Virus record (IMG/VR): IMGVR_UViG_3300017971_000203
Direction: 5' to 3' (one strand)
DNA: 64,000 bases
Source of the DNA: a virus
Numbering within the stretch: the stretch's first letter is position 1; each line of letters opens with the position of its first letter. The notes under the pieces were generated by a model. The model was not told the DNA's origin. It ran no database searches and saw only the letters and a list, made by a program, of their open reading frames with translations. This document shows positions 47,557 to 57,451 of this stretch, piece by piece. The translations under genes were made by a program, and so were the position numbers.

Positions 47557-48890
47557 GTCACCTCCGCGATCTCTCGTATTTCCCGCAAGAGAGCTTCGAC
47601 GTCCCACGGCTCCTCATAGGCCGCTTCGACGAGGTCCTTGATCCGCCGAACCTTCAGGTTCAGCTCCGTCTTGAGGGGCTTGGTCGGAGGAGCCTCTTGT
47701 GGTTCCTCCTCTGCATCAACCGCCGCCTTCCAGACACGATCGAAGAGGTCTCTGAGGGGCTTGACGTTGGGCTGACGAATGTCCAGAGTGACACGGAAGC
47801 TGTCACTGTTGAGAAACACGAACTCCTCGGTGCCCTCCCTCAGAGACTCTGGCACCAACGGCAGAACCTCCTCGTTGACTCTCCTGATAATGCGGTTGAT
47901 AGGGGAGAAGATCTCCTCCCAGACCTTGTCCTGCGCTTCGCGTGCGATGTCGGTGCAATGGTTGACTTCTAGCTGGATCTCGTAAAGAAGGTCGTCAAAG
48001 TCATCTACGAAACCGCCGATGAGCTCGGCCGCCCTCGAGAGTTGGCTCTTCTGCTGGGCGGTCACAATGACAACCTGCTCCTTCATCGCCTTCGCGCGAG
48101 CGATCGCGTGCTCCTGGGAGTAGAGCGCCCAGCGGTTCAGGTCTTCGCTGGCATGGGGGTGGTCCGCCTCACAGCGGGGACCGATCAGATGCGTCCTCGG
48201 GTCGATCTGAACGTACCAGCCGAGCTCCCGGCACTCGGCGATCCCGGGGAAGAGCCCCGTCCACCGGGTCAGCTCCGGATCGTGCCCCTCGCAGTCGCAG
48301 ATCATCCGTTGCAGCATGCACTCCGAGCAGAACTCGATGTCGCAACCGTCGAAGTGCTGCTCCCCGGGAGCCACCCCGCAATCGGGACAGTTCCTCATCC
48401 CCTCCGTCGACATGAACGTCGCGAAGTCGTCGCCCTCCTGCTTGATCAGCGCCTCCCGGCAGCCCCCGCAGAGAGACATCGAGCCCTTGCGACCGTCTTC
48501 TCCGGGCTCCTTCTCCGTTGCGATGACGATGGGGGGATGCTCGCACCGCACCCGATACCCGTCGCGGGGGTTGCCGATCTTCCCGCCCATGGTGAAAGGA
48601 CCGTTCCCGGGCACGTCCGCCTGGCAGCGCTCCAGGTCCACCGGTTCCAGCTTGTTCGTCATTTCTGCTCCCTCCTCCGCGAGCTTGCTCCAACGCCTCT
48701 CTCCCGCCCACTCGTCCTTGGCGCCTGGCCATCGAGTGCCACAAGCAGGGCAGTAGTTGCAGGTGTATTCAGCATTCGGAGCAATAAGGATCAGCTCCCC
48801 GTCGCCTCCCTCGAACTGTGCTCGAGCAATCGCTACGTCGGGACAGCGATCGGGGTGTATATCGCAGTGGTACTCCAACTGCTGCTTCAT
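47553..48890 (-). CDS. multi-module Cys-rich hypothetical protein
   Basis: CPDCGVAPGEQHFDGCDIEFC..C and other Cys modules. Confidence 0.6.
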   Translation of the reverse strand: MKQQLEYHCDIHPDRCPDVAIARAQFEGGDGELILIAPNAEYTCNYCPACGTRWPGAKDEWAGERRWSKLAEEGAEMTNKLEPVDLERCQADVPGNGPFTMGGKIGNPRDGYRVRCEHPPIVIATEKEPGEDGRKGSMSLCGGCREALIKQEGDDFATFMSTEGMRNCPDCGVAPGEQHFDGCDIEFCSECMLQRMICDCEGHDPELTRWTGLFPGIAECRELGWYVQIDPRTHLIGPRCEADHPHASEDLNRWALYSQEHAIARAKAMKEQVVIVTAQQKSQLSRAAELIGGFVDDFDDLLYEIQLEVNHCTDIAREAQDKVWEEIFSPINRIIRRVNEEVLPLVPESLREGTEEFVFLNSDSFRVTLDIRQPNVKPLRDLFDRVWKAAVDAEEEPQEAPPTKPLKTELNLKVRRIKDLVEAAYEEPWDVEALLREIREIAEVT

Positions 48891-50191
48891 GAACTCACAG
48901 CAATAAGCCCTTCCAGTCCAGGACCGCGCGCTGGCGGACCAGCATCAACGTCCCCGGGGTCTTCGTCTCCCGAACGTCCAGGCGGAAGTTGTTCCAACGC
49001 TGCGCCCTCTGAATGGGGGTCAGCCGCTGGCGCCACTCCTCGTACAGGTCCCGGATCTCCGCCCGGGTGGCCGACACCTGGACCTTCTGTCCGTGCTCCA
49101 TCACAGCCGCCATCAAGCCGATCTTTTTCTCTTCCGTCATCGTCTGTCCACTCCGTTGGTTCGTTGTCTGCCACGCCCTCTCGCGGACCCTCTTGAGCAG
49201 GGCGGGGTCCGCCGGATTCTCCCCAGCATCGAGTGCCTTCTCCAGCTCCTCCATGTACACAGCGCCGTCTGCGCCCTCTTCGAGGTGCGTCAGAACCGTT
49301 CCCAGGAATCCTTCTGCTGTTTGCAGAAACTCGGTTGAAAACTTAGTCATCGTCTTTTTCTGGTAGTGCCATACCCTCGATGGCTGCGATGATCTCGGTG
49401 AACCCGAAGCCCAGGCTGTAGCCCCGGTTCGGCTTGTTCGCGATGATGTTCTGATCCTGGAGCGCGCCCTGCTTCAGTCCGGGGATACGGAGATATGGTA
49501 GCCCCTTCGGGTTACGACGCTCCTCTAGGAGCGCCTCCAGCACCCCCGGCGTGTAGCGCACCCAGTCCAGGACTTCGTCCCACGTGTATTTCCCTGTGGC
49601 GTGACGACCGTCGCACCACAGACACCCGTGACAACAAAAGCGCGTAACAAGGGACCCCTCAAGGATCCCGCGGCGCCGTAGCTGCACCACCAGCGCCTCC
49701 AGGTCCTCCCGGGACCCGACCGAGTGGGCCATCTTGAGCAGCTCGGACACACTCTTCATCCGTCGTCCTCGTCGAAGAGACCCGCAGCGATCACCTGCTC
49801 CAGGCCCCGCTGTGCACACTCCTCTTCCAGGCAGTCCACACGCTCCTGCAGAGCGTCCCGGGCGAGCTCGTAGAGCGTCAGAGCTTCGTCCAGTGTCACC
49901 GGAGCGCTGTCTATCGCCTCCTCGAGCCGACGCACGTGCCGCGCGATGTTCCTCCCGTAGTAGTCCTGCATCACTCCCTCAGAAAGCTCCGACGCCGACG
50001 CCGCTGCACCCGCAGCTCGAAGGCCTCGGAAAGAAGGTCTATGCGGGTCTTCGGAAAGCCGTGAATCATCGCCCACAGCTCCCCCTCGTGCTCCACAGCA
50101 ACATAGGCGAAGAGCTCCCCGCGGCGCTCCCACCGGACAAGGACCTCCTCACCAGGTTGAACCTGCATATGGTCGACGCGCTTGCTCATGG

Positions 50192-50845
50192 TCAGTTTTT
50201 CTTGGTCTTCCCGCTGCCGGCCAAAGCTTCGACCAGACGAGCCGCCCCCCGTTGAGCCTCTTCTTCGGAGACAGGATCCGCCGCTTCGGTGAACCGATGC
50301 TTGCGCTCCCACTGATCGAAAGCCAGGTCGTCGCGCTTCCCGGCCCTCTTCAAATAGAGAGCCGCCCAGCGCTGCCCCCTTCCGGTCATCTGGTCCACCA
50401 GGTGGACCAGAGAGCGAACAACGCCGTCTGGACCCTCCCCCATGTCAGCGCCGAGCTCTTCTCCCAACTGCTGTCCCAGGGGGGTCAGGGGCATGAACTC
50501 GTCGTCCACCACCGCGGCATCGAGAGTGGGGTCTCGAGGGTCGAACTCCCCCTCCGTAAGGCGATTCAACAGAGCCCGGTTCATCGCTCCGACGAGGACC
50601 CGCTCCACATGCCCGAGAAGAGGCAGGGGGTGCTTGCGATAGGAACGCCCCTCCAGAATGCGGGCGACCAACCCCCTGGGCTCGGCCTCCAGGGTCGCTG
50701 TGAGAATCGCCGCCTGGCGACCGTCCGACACAGACACATGGTGAAGCGGGGTGTACCCTTCTGCACCCTCGTCTGCACGAGGCAGGTCCTGCCAGGAAAC
50801 AGGAAAGTCCCGAGCCTTCATGCGGGGTCTGCGTTTACGAGCCAT
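50192..50845 (-). CDS. hypothetical protein
   Basis: MARKRRP..., downstream of promoter 51045-51073. Confidence 0.55.
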   Translation of the reverse strand: MARKRRPRMKARDFPVSWQDLPRADEGAEGYTPLHHVSVSDGRQAAILTATLEAEPRGLVARILEGRSYRKHPLPLLGHVERVLVGAMNRALLNRLTEGEFDPRDPTLDAAVVDDEFMPLTPLGQQLGEELGADMGEGPDGVVRSLVHLVDQMTGRGQRWAALYLKRAGKRDDLAFDQWERKHRFTEAADPVSEEEAQRGAARLVEALAGSGKTKKN

Positions 50846-51322
50846 TCCTCTCTCCTGTGGTCGACGCGCTTGCTCCTCAGAGCCCAGCGTTCGTGTGCTC
50901 TTCCGACACGCGGCTGCTGTGTGCTTCCGGGGAAGGCGGAACCCAAGGGCTTCGAAGGGACTGACAATTCGGCGGTGCTCCGGGCACGTTCTCCCGCGTG
51001 GCATAGATCCGTCTCCTATGGTGATGGCCCCCTCGCTGACAGGTACCCTAATAGGTCAGTAGGGGATTGTCAAGGATAGGATGCGCATAATCCATCGAAA
51101 ATATGCACCGGTGTAGCCCGGCGTGCTTTTTTCCAGGGACTCCAGAGGTCGCAAGTCCAGGAGGGGCGCGGTGTAGCGGATCGGGAGAGGCGAAAAGCAG
51201 ACCCTCTCAGACGCTCTTCTTTTCGGTTTGACGGGTCCGGGCACGTTTTGCGCGGAATCAGAGGGGCAGGGTATAGTCACTCTCTGCGGTGACTGTGACT
51301 CGAGTGTGAGTCGGGAGGGGGA

Positions 51323-51871
51323 ATGGACTACCAGAAGGCGAACGAGGTCCTGGGGGACATGAGAGAGTGGCTGCAGGAGGCCCGTGATATGGAAAGGCTC
51401 AAGCGCTTGGCTGCTATGGGAGACACCCAGGCGAAAAGAGAGCTCGAGAAGGCCCGAGAGCGCGGACGCGCCGAGGTCTTCGCCGATCTGCTCGAAGCAG
51501 AGATGAAGAAGTTCAAGGCGAGCGGCTTCTCCGTGGACATCGTCCAGGGCTACAGGGGGAAAAAGAGGGCCGCTTCCACCAGTGCCTGGGTGTCCATCAT
51601 CCCCAGAATCGGACGGGTGGACGTCGACTACTACCCGCAGAAGAACGAGCTCCGACTGCTCCGCTGGGGCGCCACCATACCAAATTCCTTCCCGAAGAGC
51701 GTCTGGACAAAGGCGGGGTGGACCGTAAACAACCCCTACGGAAGCTCCAGACCAGCCGGACCTATCTACGCCGACGGATCCATCCGCATCTCGGGCATCC
51801 AGACCAAACGAGCCGCCGTCAAAGCCGCCAGGAAGAACCTCGAGAAGCTCGCAAAGGCCGTCGGAACCTGA
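51323..51871 (+). CDS. hypothetical protein with shared helical tag
   Basis: GGAGGGGG RBS; MERLKRLAAMGDTQAKRELEKARERG. Confidence 0.75.
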   Translation: MDYQKANEVLGDMREWLQEARDMERLKRLAAMGDTQAKRELEKARERGRAEVFADLLEAEMKKFKASGFSVDIVQGYRGKKRAASTSAWVSIIPRIGRVDVDYYPQKNELRLLRWGATIPNSFPKSVWTKAGWTVNNPYGSSRPAGPIYADGSIRISGIQTKRAAVKAARKNLEKLAKAVGT

Positions 51872-51892
51872 CCCAAATCTTTCAGGATCGGC

Positions 51893-52654
51893 TCAGACCT
51901 CGCGCTGGTGAAGGTGCGGCTCCAGCATCCGGTAGATCGTCGCCATGGCCTTCCTCCGGTTGGAGCTCGACAAGAACCGACTCTTATCCTTCCACGTGTC
52001 GCTGCTCTTCAAGGCCTTGTCGAATCGCTTCCGCGGAGTCTTCAGCATCTTCCTGAAGAGCCGACCTCGGAGCAGCGCCGTCGAGGTGATGTCGTCCACC
52101 ACCTGGGCAATGAACGCAGCGTACTCCGAAGGCTGGTTCAGATAGCGCTTCAGCTCCGCCGGTGTCTGCTCACCAGGGTCGTGGTAGGTCTTCGCCAGCG
52201 CCGCCCCTGGGTCCACCACGTGCACTAGCTCGTGCACGAACGTCGACCGGATGAGCTTCGTCAGGTTGTGAGCTCCCACAGCGTTGAAGTCCGCCAAGGC
52301 CTCCTCGGCCGTCTTCCTCGCGTTCAGATACAACACCACACGCTTCGGCGTCTTCCCGCGCCGATACGCCCCGCCGATGAACACTTCGTCAGCAGGACCA
52401 CGCTGCGTCTCCAACGTCAAGAGCACATGCTCCACGTCCTGCGTGAACGGGTTCGTGATGCGCACCCCCTTCTGCCAACCACCACGCTTGATCTGTGAAC
52501 CCAGCGTCTCCGAAGGCGACAACAAACCCAGAGAGCTCCGTATCCACTCCACTGCCGTCGTCGTCACCTTGTCCAGCTCCTCCTTGTCCAACGAAATCGG
52601 ACGAGCCTCCAGAAGCGCACGGCCCTGCTCGATCAACACCTTCAATGACGGCAT
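51893..52654 (-). CDS. HExxH metalloprotease-like protein, possible virion protein
   Basis: FVHELVHVVD..YLNQPSEYAAF; N-terminus MPSLKVLIEQGRALLE. Confidence 0.65.
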   Translation of the reverse strand: MPSLKVLIEQGRALLEARPISLDKEELDKVTTTAVEWIRSSLGLLSPSETLGSQIKRGGWQKGVRITNPFTQDVEHVLLTLETQRGPADEVFIGGAYRRGKTPKRVVLYLNARKTAEEALADFNAVGAHNLTKLIRSTFVHELVHVVDPGAALAKTYHDPGEQTPAELKRYLNQPSEYAAFIAQVVDDITSTALLRGRLFRKMLKTPRKRFDKALKSSDTWKDKSRFLSSSNRRKAMATIYRMLEPHLHQREV

Positions 52655-52675
52655 CACTACCTCCTGCGGACAGCT

Positions 52676-53023
52676 TCAGGGAATGGCGTTCCAAGGCAGC
52701 TCCTCGGGTCCGCGGAAGAGCTTCTTCGGTGGTTGGTTCCTGACCTTGTAGCGCGCGAAGGTCTTCTCGGTGCCCCCCGTCAGGTGGCCCGCAACAGCGA
52801 CCAGCCAGGACCAGGCCCGAGGTCCCCCATCGACACCCGCTGCAGAACCCCCCATGTCCGACACGTAGATGTTGGGCTTGCTCTTGAAGGCCTCACGGAC
52901 TTCGGACACTCGAAGACCGCTGACCTTCGTCTTCCCCTTGTAGACGTCTTTCGAGTAGCGGAAGTCCACCCTGGCGACTTCTTGGCCCTCATTGTCGTAG
53001 AACAGGATGCTCGCTGTAGGCAT
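52676..53023 (-). CDS. hypothetical protein
   Basis: ORF track. Confidence 0.6.
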   Translation of the reverse strand: MPTASILFYDNEGQEVARVDFRYSKDVYKGKTKVSGLRVSEVREAFKSKPNIYVSDMGGSAAGVDGGPRAWSWLVAVAGHLTGGTEKTFARYKVRNQPPKKLFRGPEELPWNAIP

Positions 53024-53025
53024 GA

Positions 53026-55104
53026 CTACTCCCTGAATCCGAACTTACCCCGGAAGATGGCGATCATGAGCGCGAAGAGCTCGGGGTCCTTCTCGTGCAG
53101 CTCCCGCGCGTGCTCCTTGTCCTGGAAGTGCTGGAGCCCCATAGAGATCACCTCGGACACACGATGCTCCTTGTAGATCTTCCCAATGTAGCTGCTCGAA
53201 AAGTCGTCCGGGACACTGATCTCACCGCTCCTGAAGCCTACGCACTTCTCGTGGTCCATCAGAGTTACCGTAGGCTGCCCTTTGGTTCGCTTCTCCAGGA
53301 AGTACGCTGTGGCGTCCCCCAGGCACCCGTTGCTGTATTCGAGGTAGTGCCCCAGCTCGTGCATCATCACCCGGGTAGCCGCTTCTTCGGATCCCCAGTT
53401 GTTGATGTCGATGTTGGGGTCGGCGGTGTGAGCCGTGGCGCAATGCCCTCGGCCCCTCTTTCCCTGGATCCGTACAGTGGCCTCCACGGCTTCCGGGGAT
53501 ACCTTCGAAACCACCCGACGTTTCGCATACGCTGGACCCCAAGCACCTTGCGGAACGAACTTCGACACGAGGTCCAGCCCTGTACGAGCTCCGCTCAGAC
53601 GCTCCCCATGCAAAGAAGAATCGAACTCGACCTTGTGTGGCAGTTTCGACTTCCCCCTGGCCACCAACTGGTCATACAGATGATCCACCGCTTCGCCGGC
53701 GCCCTTCTTCGTGACCAGGCGCTGGATGGACTTCTCCGTCTCGGCCATCTGCTGGTGATAGGCATCGGGCTTCAGACGCTTCTTGTACGTCGCTTCCTCC
53801 TCCCAGTCACGGGCACGCCGCGCACGGCTTGCTTCACCCGCTTCGGCAGCATTCCGCATTGCATCGCCGTCCTCGATGTACCTCTGGATCTGCTTGAAGT
53901 CCGGGGGACCATCGTCGTCCCAGCCCCACGGAGGCTTGAACATATCGATGAGCTTCTTCTGGATACCCCGAAGAACCGCGTCGCTCTGGTTGCTGTAGAC
54001 CGCATACTCGGTGAACTCGTCGTCGCTCATGAACTGGCTCATGCGCTCCGAGAGTGCACGACGCACCTCGGGCCGATGAGTGACCTGGAACCAGTTGTAG
54101 GCCGCCCCCTTCGAGTCCTTGGCCTTCTCTTTCTTCATGGACTTGATCAAGCCGTCGAACTTGTCCTTGAGAACGCGATCAATCCAGTTGCGACCAAAGA
54201 GCCCTACGACAGCCTGACCTACGGGAAGAGAACGCGGATCATTGACGATCTTCCGAAGAGCCTCGAAGCCACCAGCCTCCTTCATGACCTTGTGCAAGCG
54301 ACGAATGTTCGTTCTCTTGTCCGACTTGTGGTAGCCGCCCTGGCTGAAGTTGTAGTTGTGGACGTCCACGTAGGGCTCGAGCAGCTTGAACAGACGATCC
54401 GACGCCGTCGTCATCGGGGTGTTGTCCACCAGACGAGTGGTCTTGCCCTGCCCGTGCTCCAGGAAGAAGTCCATCGCCTTCTCCCAGCCCCCGCCGAAAA
54501 AGGTGCGCATCTTCGACCGGGCCTTGTCGCTGGACATGATGAGAGCCCGGGTAGCGTCCGCCTCCGCCTTCGTCTTCGATGACGCCGTGAGGGCCTTGCG
54601 CAGATCATGCGATCCGTAGGCGTTGTGGAACCTCTCGAGCTCAGCACCCTTCCCGACGACGGAACGCCAGTGCTTACCAAAGTGCTCCGAAACAGCCCTC
54701 AAGATCTCGGGGTCTCCCTCGATGCTCTTGATCATCTCCTCGGAGCCCCGGCGCTTGCGCCAGTTGTCCTCCGGCTCCGCATACCAACGGAGCTTCTGTA
54801 TCATCTCCGTAGCGGACTCCGCATCCGTCCCCTCGAAGCGAAACAGACGCCTGGCTACCTCGGCGTTCTTCGGCTCCTTGCCCTGGAGAGCCTTCGGAAC
54901 ACCCAGCATCGTGCCGTCCGGCTTGATGAGAACACGCCGGTTGAACTTCCAAACCCAACGACCATCCTTCACCTCCGCGTCGTCCTTGTCGAACTTCGTG
55001 TAGTACGTGTCGTAGTCACCCTTCGGGTCACGACCCGTCACCTTGTTCACCCACTCCGAACGAAGACGGCGACCCTCTCGAACCAAGCGCTTCAACGACG
55101 GCAT
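53026..55104 (-). CDS. large protein with C-terminal HExxH domain, possible virion protein
   Basis: VMMHELGHYLE..YIGKIY..SEVISMGLQ; N-terminus MPSLKRLVREGRRLRSE. Confidence 0.7.
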   Translation of the reverse strand: MPSLKRLVREGRRLRSEWVNKVTGRDPKGDYDTYYTKFDKDDAEVKDGRWVWKFNRRVLIKPDGTMLGVPKALQGKEPKNAEVARRLFRFEGTDAESATEMIQKLRWYAEPEDNWRKRRGSEEMIKSIEGDPEILRAVSEHFGKHWRSVVGKGAELERFHNAYGSHDLRKALTASSKTKAEADATRALIMSSDKARSKMRTFFGGGWEKAMDFFLEHGQGKTTRLVDNTPMTTASDRLFKLLEPYVDVHNYNFSQGGYHKSDKRTNIRRLHKVMKEAGGFEALRKIVNDPRSLPVGQAVVGLFGRNWIDRVLKDKFDGLIKSMKKEKAKDSKGAAYNWFQVTHRPEVRRALSERMSQFMSDDEFTEYAVYSNQSDAVLRGIQKKLIDMFKPPWGWDDDGPPDFKQIQRYIEDGDAMRNAAEAGEASRARRARDWEEEATYKKRLKPDAYHQQMAETEKSIQRLVTKKGAGEAVDHLYDQLVARGKSKLPHKVEFDSSLHGERLSGARTGLDLVSKFVPQGAWGPAYAKRRVVSKVSPEAVEATVRIQGKRGRGHCATAHTADPNIDINNWGSEEAATRVMMHELGHYLEYSNGCLGDATAYFLEKRTKGQPTVTLMDHEKCVGFRSGEISVPDDFSSSYIGKIYKEHRVSEVISMGLQHFQDKEHARELHEKDPELFALMIAIFRGKFGFRE

Positions 55105-55987
55105 CACAACCTCCACGTGGTCGACAGTGAAGAGCATAGTCCAAGGCAAAGACCGTGTCAGCAACAGAAGGCCCTCAACGGCTTGAACAGGAGTACCCCT
55201 TCTGTACGTACACAACTGTCCCGGCGGGTGGGAGTGGGGTGAACCCACGGGAGAACCCCTGCGATAGACTCGATATAAGTCAGTCGGATTGTCAAGGTTC
55301 CAGATCCTGGATCTCATTCTGTCGGGAGCAGAGCTCGGGGAGGGAGGAACCACGACAGGTTCCCTGCTCCATATAGGTCAGTCGGATTGTCAAGGTCCGA
55401 GATCACTGATCAAATTTCGGAGGGTGCGGGGCCGAGAATAGGAGAGGAAAGCTTCACGAAGCGGAGAGATCTGGCAGGAGGCCCCCTACCCTAATCTTGA
55501 GGGTCGGGAAAGTGTTGCACTGCGCGGACTTGCGGGACCGCGGGAAGTTGGCGTAGTTCGCCATTTTGCGGCGGCCGGAAAGTGGCGAATACCAACAGTT
55601 TCCGCGGGCTTAGGTCGCAACAGTTCAACCGTGTTCACAACTGCAGGACCGTGCCAGGGAGCTGGACTAAGATCGTGCCAGGTTCGGTGTGTGGAGAGAG
55701 AAAAGTGCATGCGTTGGGGGTGGCCCAAAAGGGTGCCCCTCGGCGGGTCTCGGATCCGACGCCATAGCTCAAGGCTGCCTGGCCCACAAGGCCGGCCCAG
55801 AAGTGGCCCACAAGGTAATGGTTCTGGGCCGTCTGTATGTAGGTCCGGCTCGCACCCAGCTTGGTCACTGCTTGGTCGCTCCCCCATAGGAGCCCGTACC
55901 CCCAATCTTGGGGATGCTGGTCTAGTTGCTCCTCGGACCCGGTTCGGTTACTGTCGTTCCATACTACTGTAACCCAGGGGGCGAATC

Positions 55988-56269
55988 GTGGAGTGGTGGG
56001 AGCGGGAACAGGCGAAATTGGCGCGTCGGAAGCAGGACACACAGTCTACCCAGGGATCCCGGTCCCGGCGGGTGCACAGCTTCCCCGTGGCAGACACAAA
56101 GACCAGGGCCAAGCTATTCGCCTTTTGTTACGGGGACATAGCGGCCTGGTGCGGCATCACAGAGGAGTCTATCCGCAGGGCCGTCTCCAAAGGCAGGCTC
56201 GATCCCATGGACTTCGACAGCCTGATGAACTACCGCCAGGGACTTCGCAAGGTTACAATAAAGCCCTAA
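55988..56269 (+). CDS. small HTH-like protein
   Basis: YGDIAAWCGITEESIRRAVSKGRLD. Confidence 0.55.
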   Translation: MEWWEREQAKLARRKQDTQSTQGSRSRRVHSFPVADTKTRAKLFAFCYGDIAAWCGITEESIRRAVSKGRLDPMDFDSLMNYRQGLRKVTIKP

Positions 56270-56285
56270 AGGGGGGTCTGTAACC

Positions 56286-56879
56286 CTAGAGGTCCTCGGG
56301 GTTGGGCAGCATGACGGCCTTGGTCTTGCCCCCTGCCTTCCACTGGACCTTCTTCCGCTTGGCTGCACGGCGGCGCTCTGACTCGGCCTTACGCAGCTCC
56401 CTCTCCTCGGGCGTGACCGGCCATCTCCGCTGGTAGTCCGGGCTTCTCACGCGCCGTAGCCAGGCGTAGCAGATGCTTTCCAGGTCCCCCATGTCGAGCT
56501 CGCCTTCCTTACACAGGGTGCGGACTTCCACGTTCGTGACAGCCAGGAGCTCCGCCACCATGGCGATGCCATACCCCCACAGCTTCCGGGCCCCCACATT
56601 CGGCCCTGCTGGGAGGTCGATTTCGTTGACATGGACCTTCGCCCGGACCTTCCGAAAATTTTCCAACGAAAAAATGTGTCCCGAATCTCGGGCTTTCCCA
56701 CCCTTCTGCACTACATTCCCACCCTTCTGCACTACATTCTCACCCTTCTGCACTACATCACCGACCCCTTGCACTACACCCCCACCCTGTCCGGTCTCTT
56801 CCTGAGACACCTGTTTTGACCCTTCCAGGTGGTCTGTCTCCCTGGTCTCATCCCCTTCCACGGTGCGCCTTTCGTCCAT
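56286..56879 (-). CDS. HTH-like protein with NVVQKGG repeats
   Basis: GYGIAMVAELLAVTNVEVRTLCKEGELD; 21-bp tandem repeat. Confidence 0.6.
   Translation of the reverse strand: MDERRTVEGDETRETDHLEGSKQVSQEETGQGGGVVQGVGDVVQKGENVVQKGGNVVQKGGKARDSGHIFSLENFRKVRAKVHVNEIDLPAGPNVGARKLWGYGIAMVAELLAVTNVEVRTLCKEGELDMGDLESICYAWLRRVRSPDYQRRWPVTPEERELRKAESERRRAAKRKKVQWKAGGKTKAVMLPNPEDL
56700..56780. repeat. 21-bp tandem repeat (about 4 copies)
   Basis: CCCTTCTGCACTACATTCCCA-like units. Confidence 0.85.
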
Positions 56880-56929
56880 CTGGCTGCTTTGTATCTTCTT
56901 TTCCGGGGGTGCTTCTTTCCGGTCTACCC

Positions 56930-57451
56930 CTACTCAGTTGCTTCTTTTGCTCGGTTTTGATCTGTCCGATCCTGTTTTGCCTTGGTGCGGCCGGGGTCGA
57001 ATTTTCGGTCCCAGGTCTCGAGCCGGGTGTTGAAGCTGCCTCTGTCCTTCTTCCCGACCACGAGGACGACTTCTTCACAGGTGTCTGCGAGCGCGTCCGA
57101 TTTGACGTACATTTCGACTATCCCCTCTACGGGGTCCATGTTGCCGGGCTTGATTTCGAGGTCGTCCAGTGTGGGGTGGTTGAGGGGCTCGAAGTATCCG
57201 CCTTGGACGACGCTTCTGATGAGGTCGGCCAGGACCTCCCCTGTGCACCTCAGAAGCTGTCCCTCTGGTTTGTGTTTGTCGCGCGCGGCCTGTCGGGCCT
57301 GTTCGACCTTGTCCATGAGGCCCAGGGCGTGGATGACATCGAGGACGTGCTTGAGGTTCTGTATGGCGAGCTCTTGTGCGGTGGACGCGGGGTCTTTGAC
57401 CCGTTCGAATTCGGCAACGATCTCGTCGGGTGTCAGCATGGCTGTGTTCAT
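56930..57451 (-). CDS. hypothetical protein
   Basis: AAGGAG RBS. Confidence 0.65.
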   Translation of the reverse strand: MNTAMLTPDEIVAEFERVKDPASTAQELAIQNLKHVLDVIHALGLMDKVEQARQAARDKHKPEGQLLRCTGEVLADLIRSVVQGGYFEPLNHPTLDDLEIKPGNMDPVEGIVEMYVKSDALADTCEEVVLVVGKKDRGSFNTRLETWDRKFDPGRTKAKQDRTDQNRAKEATE

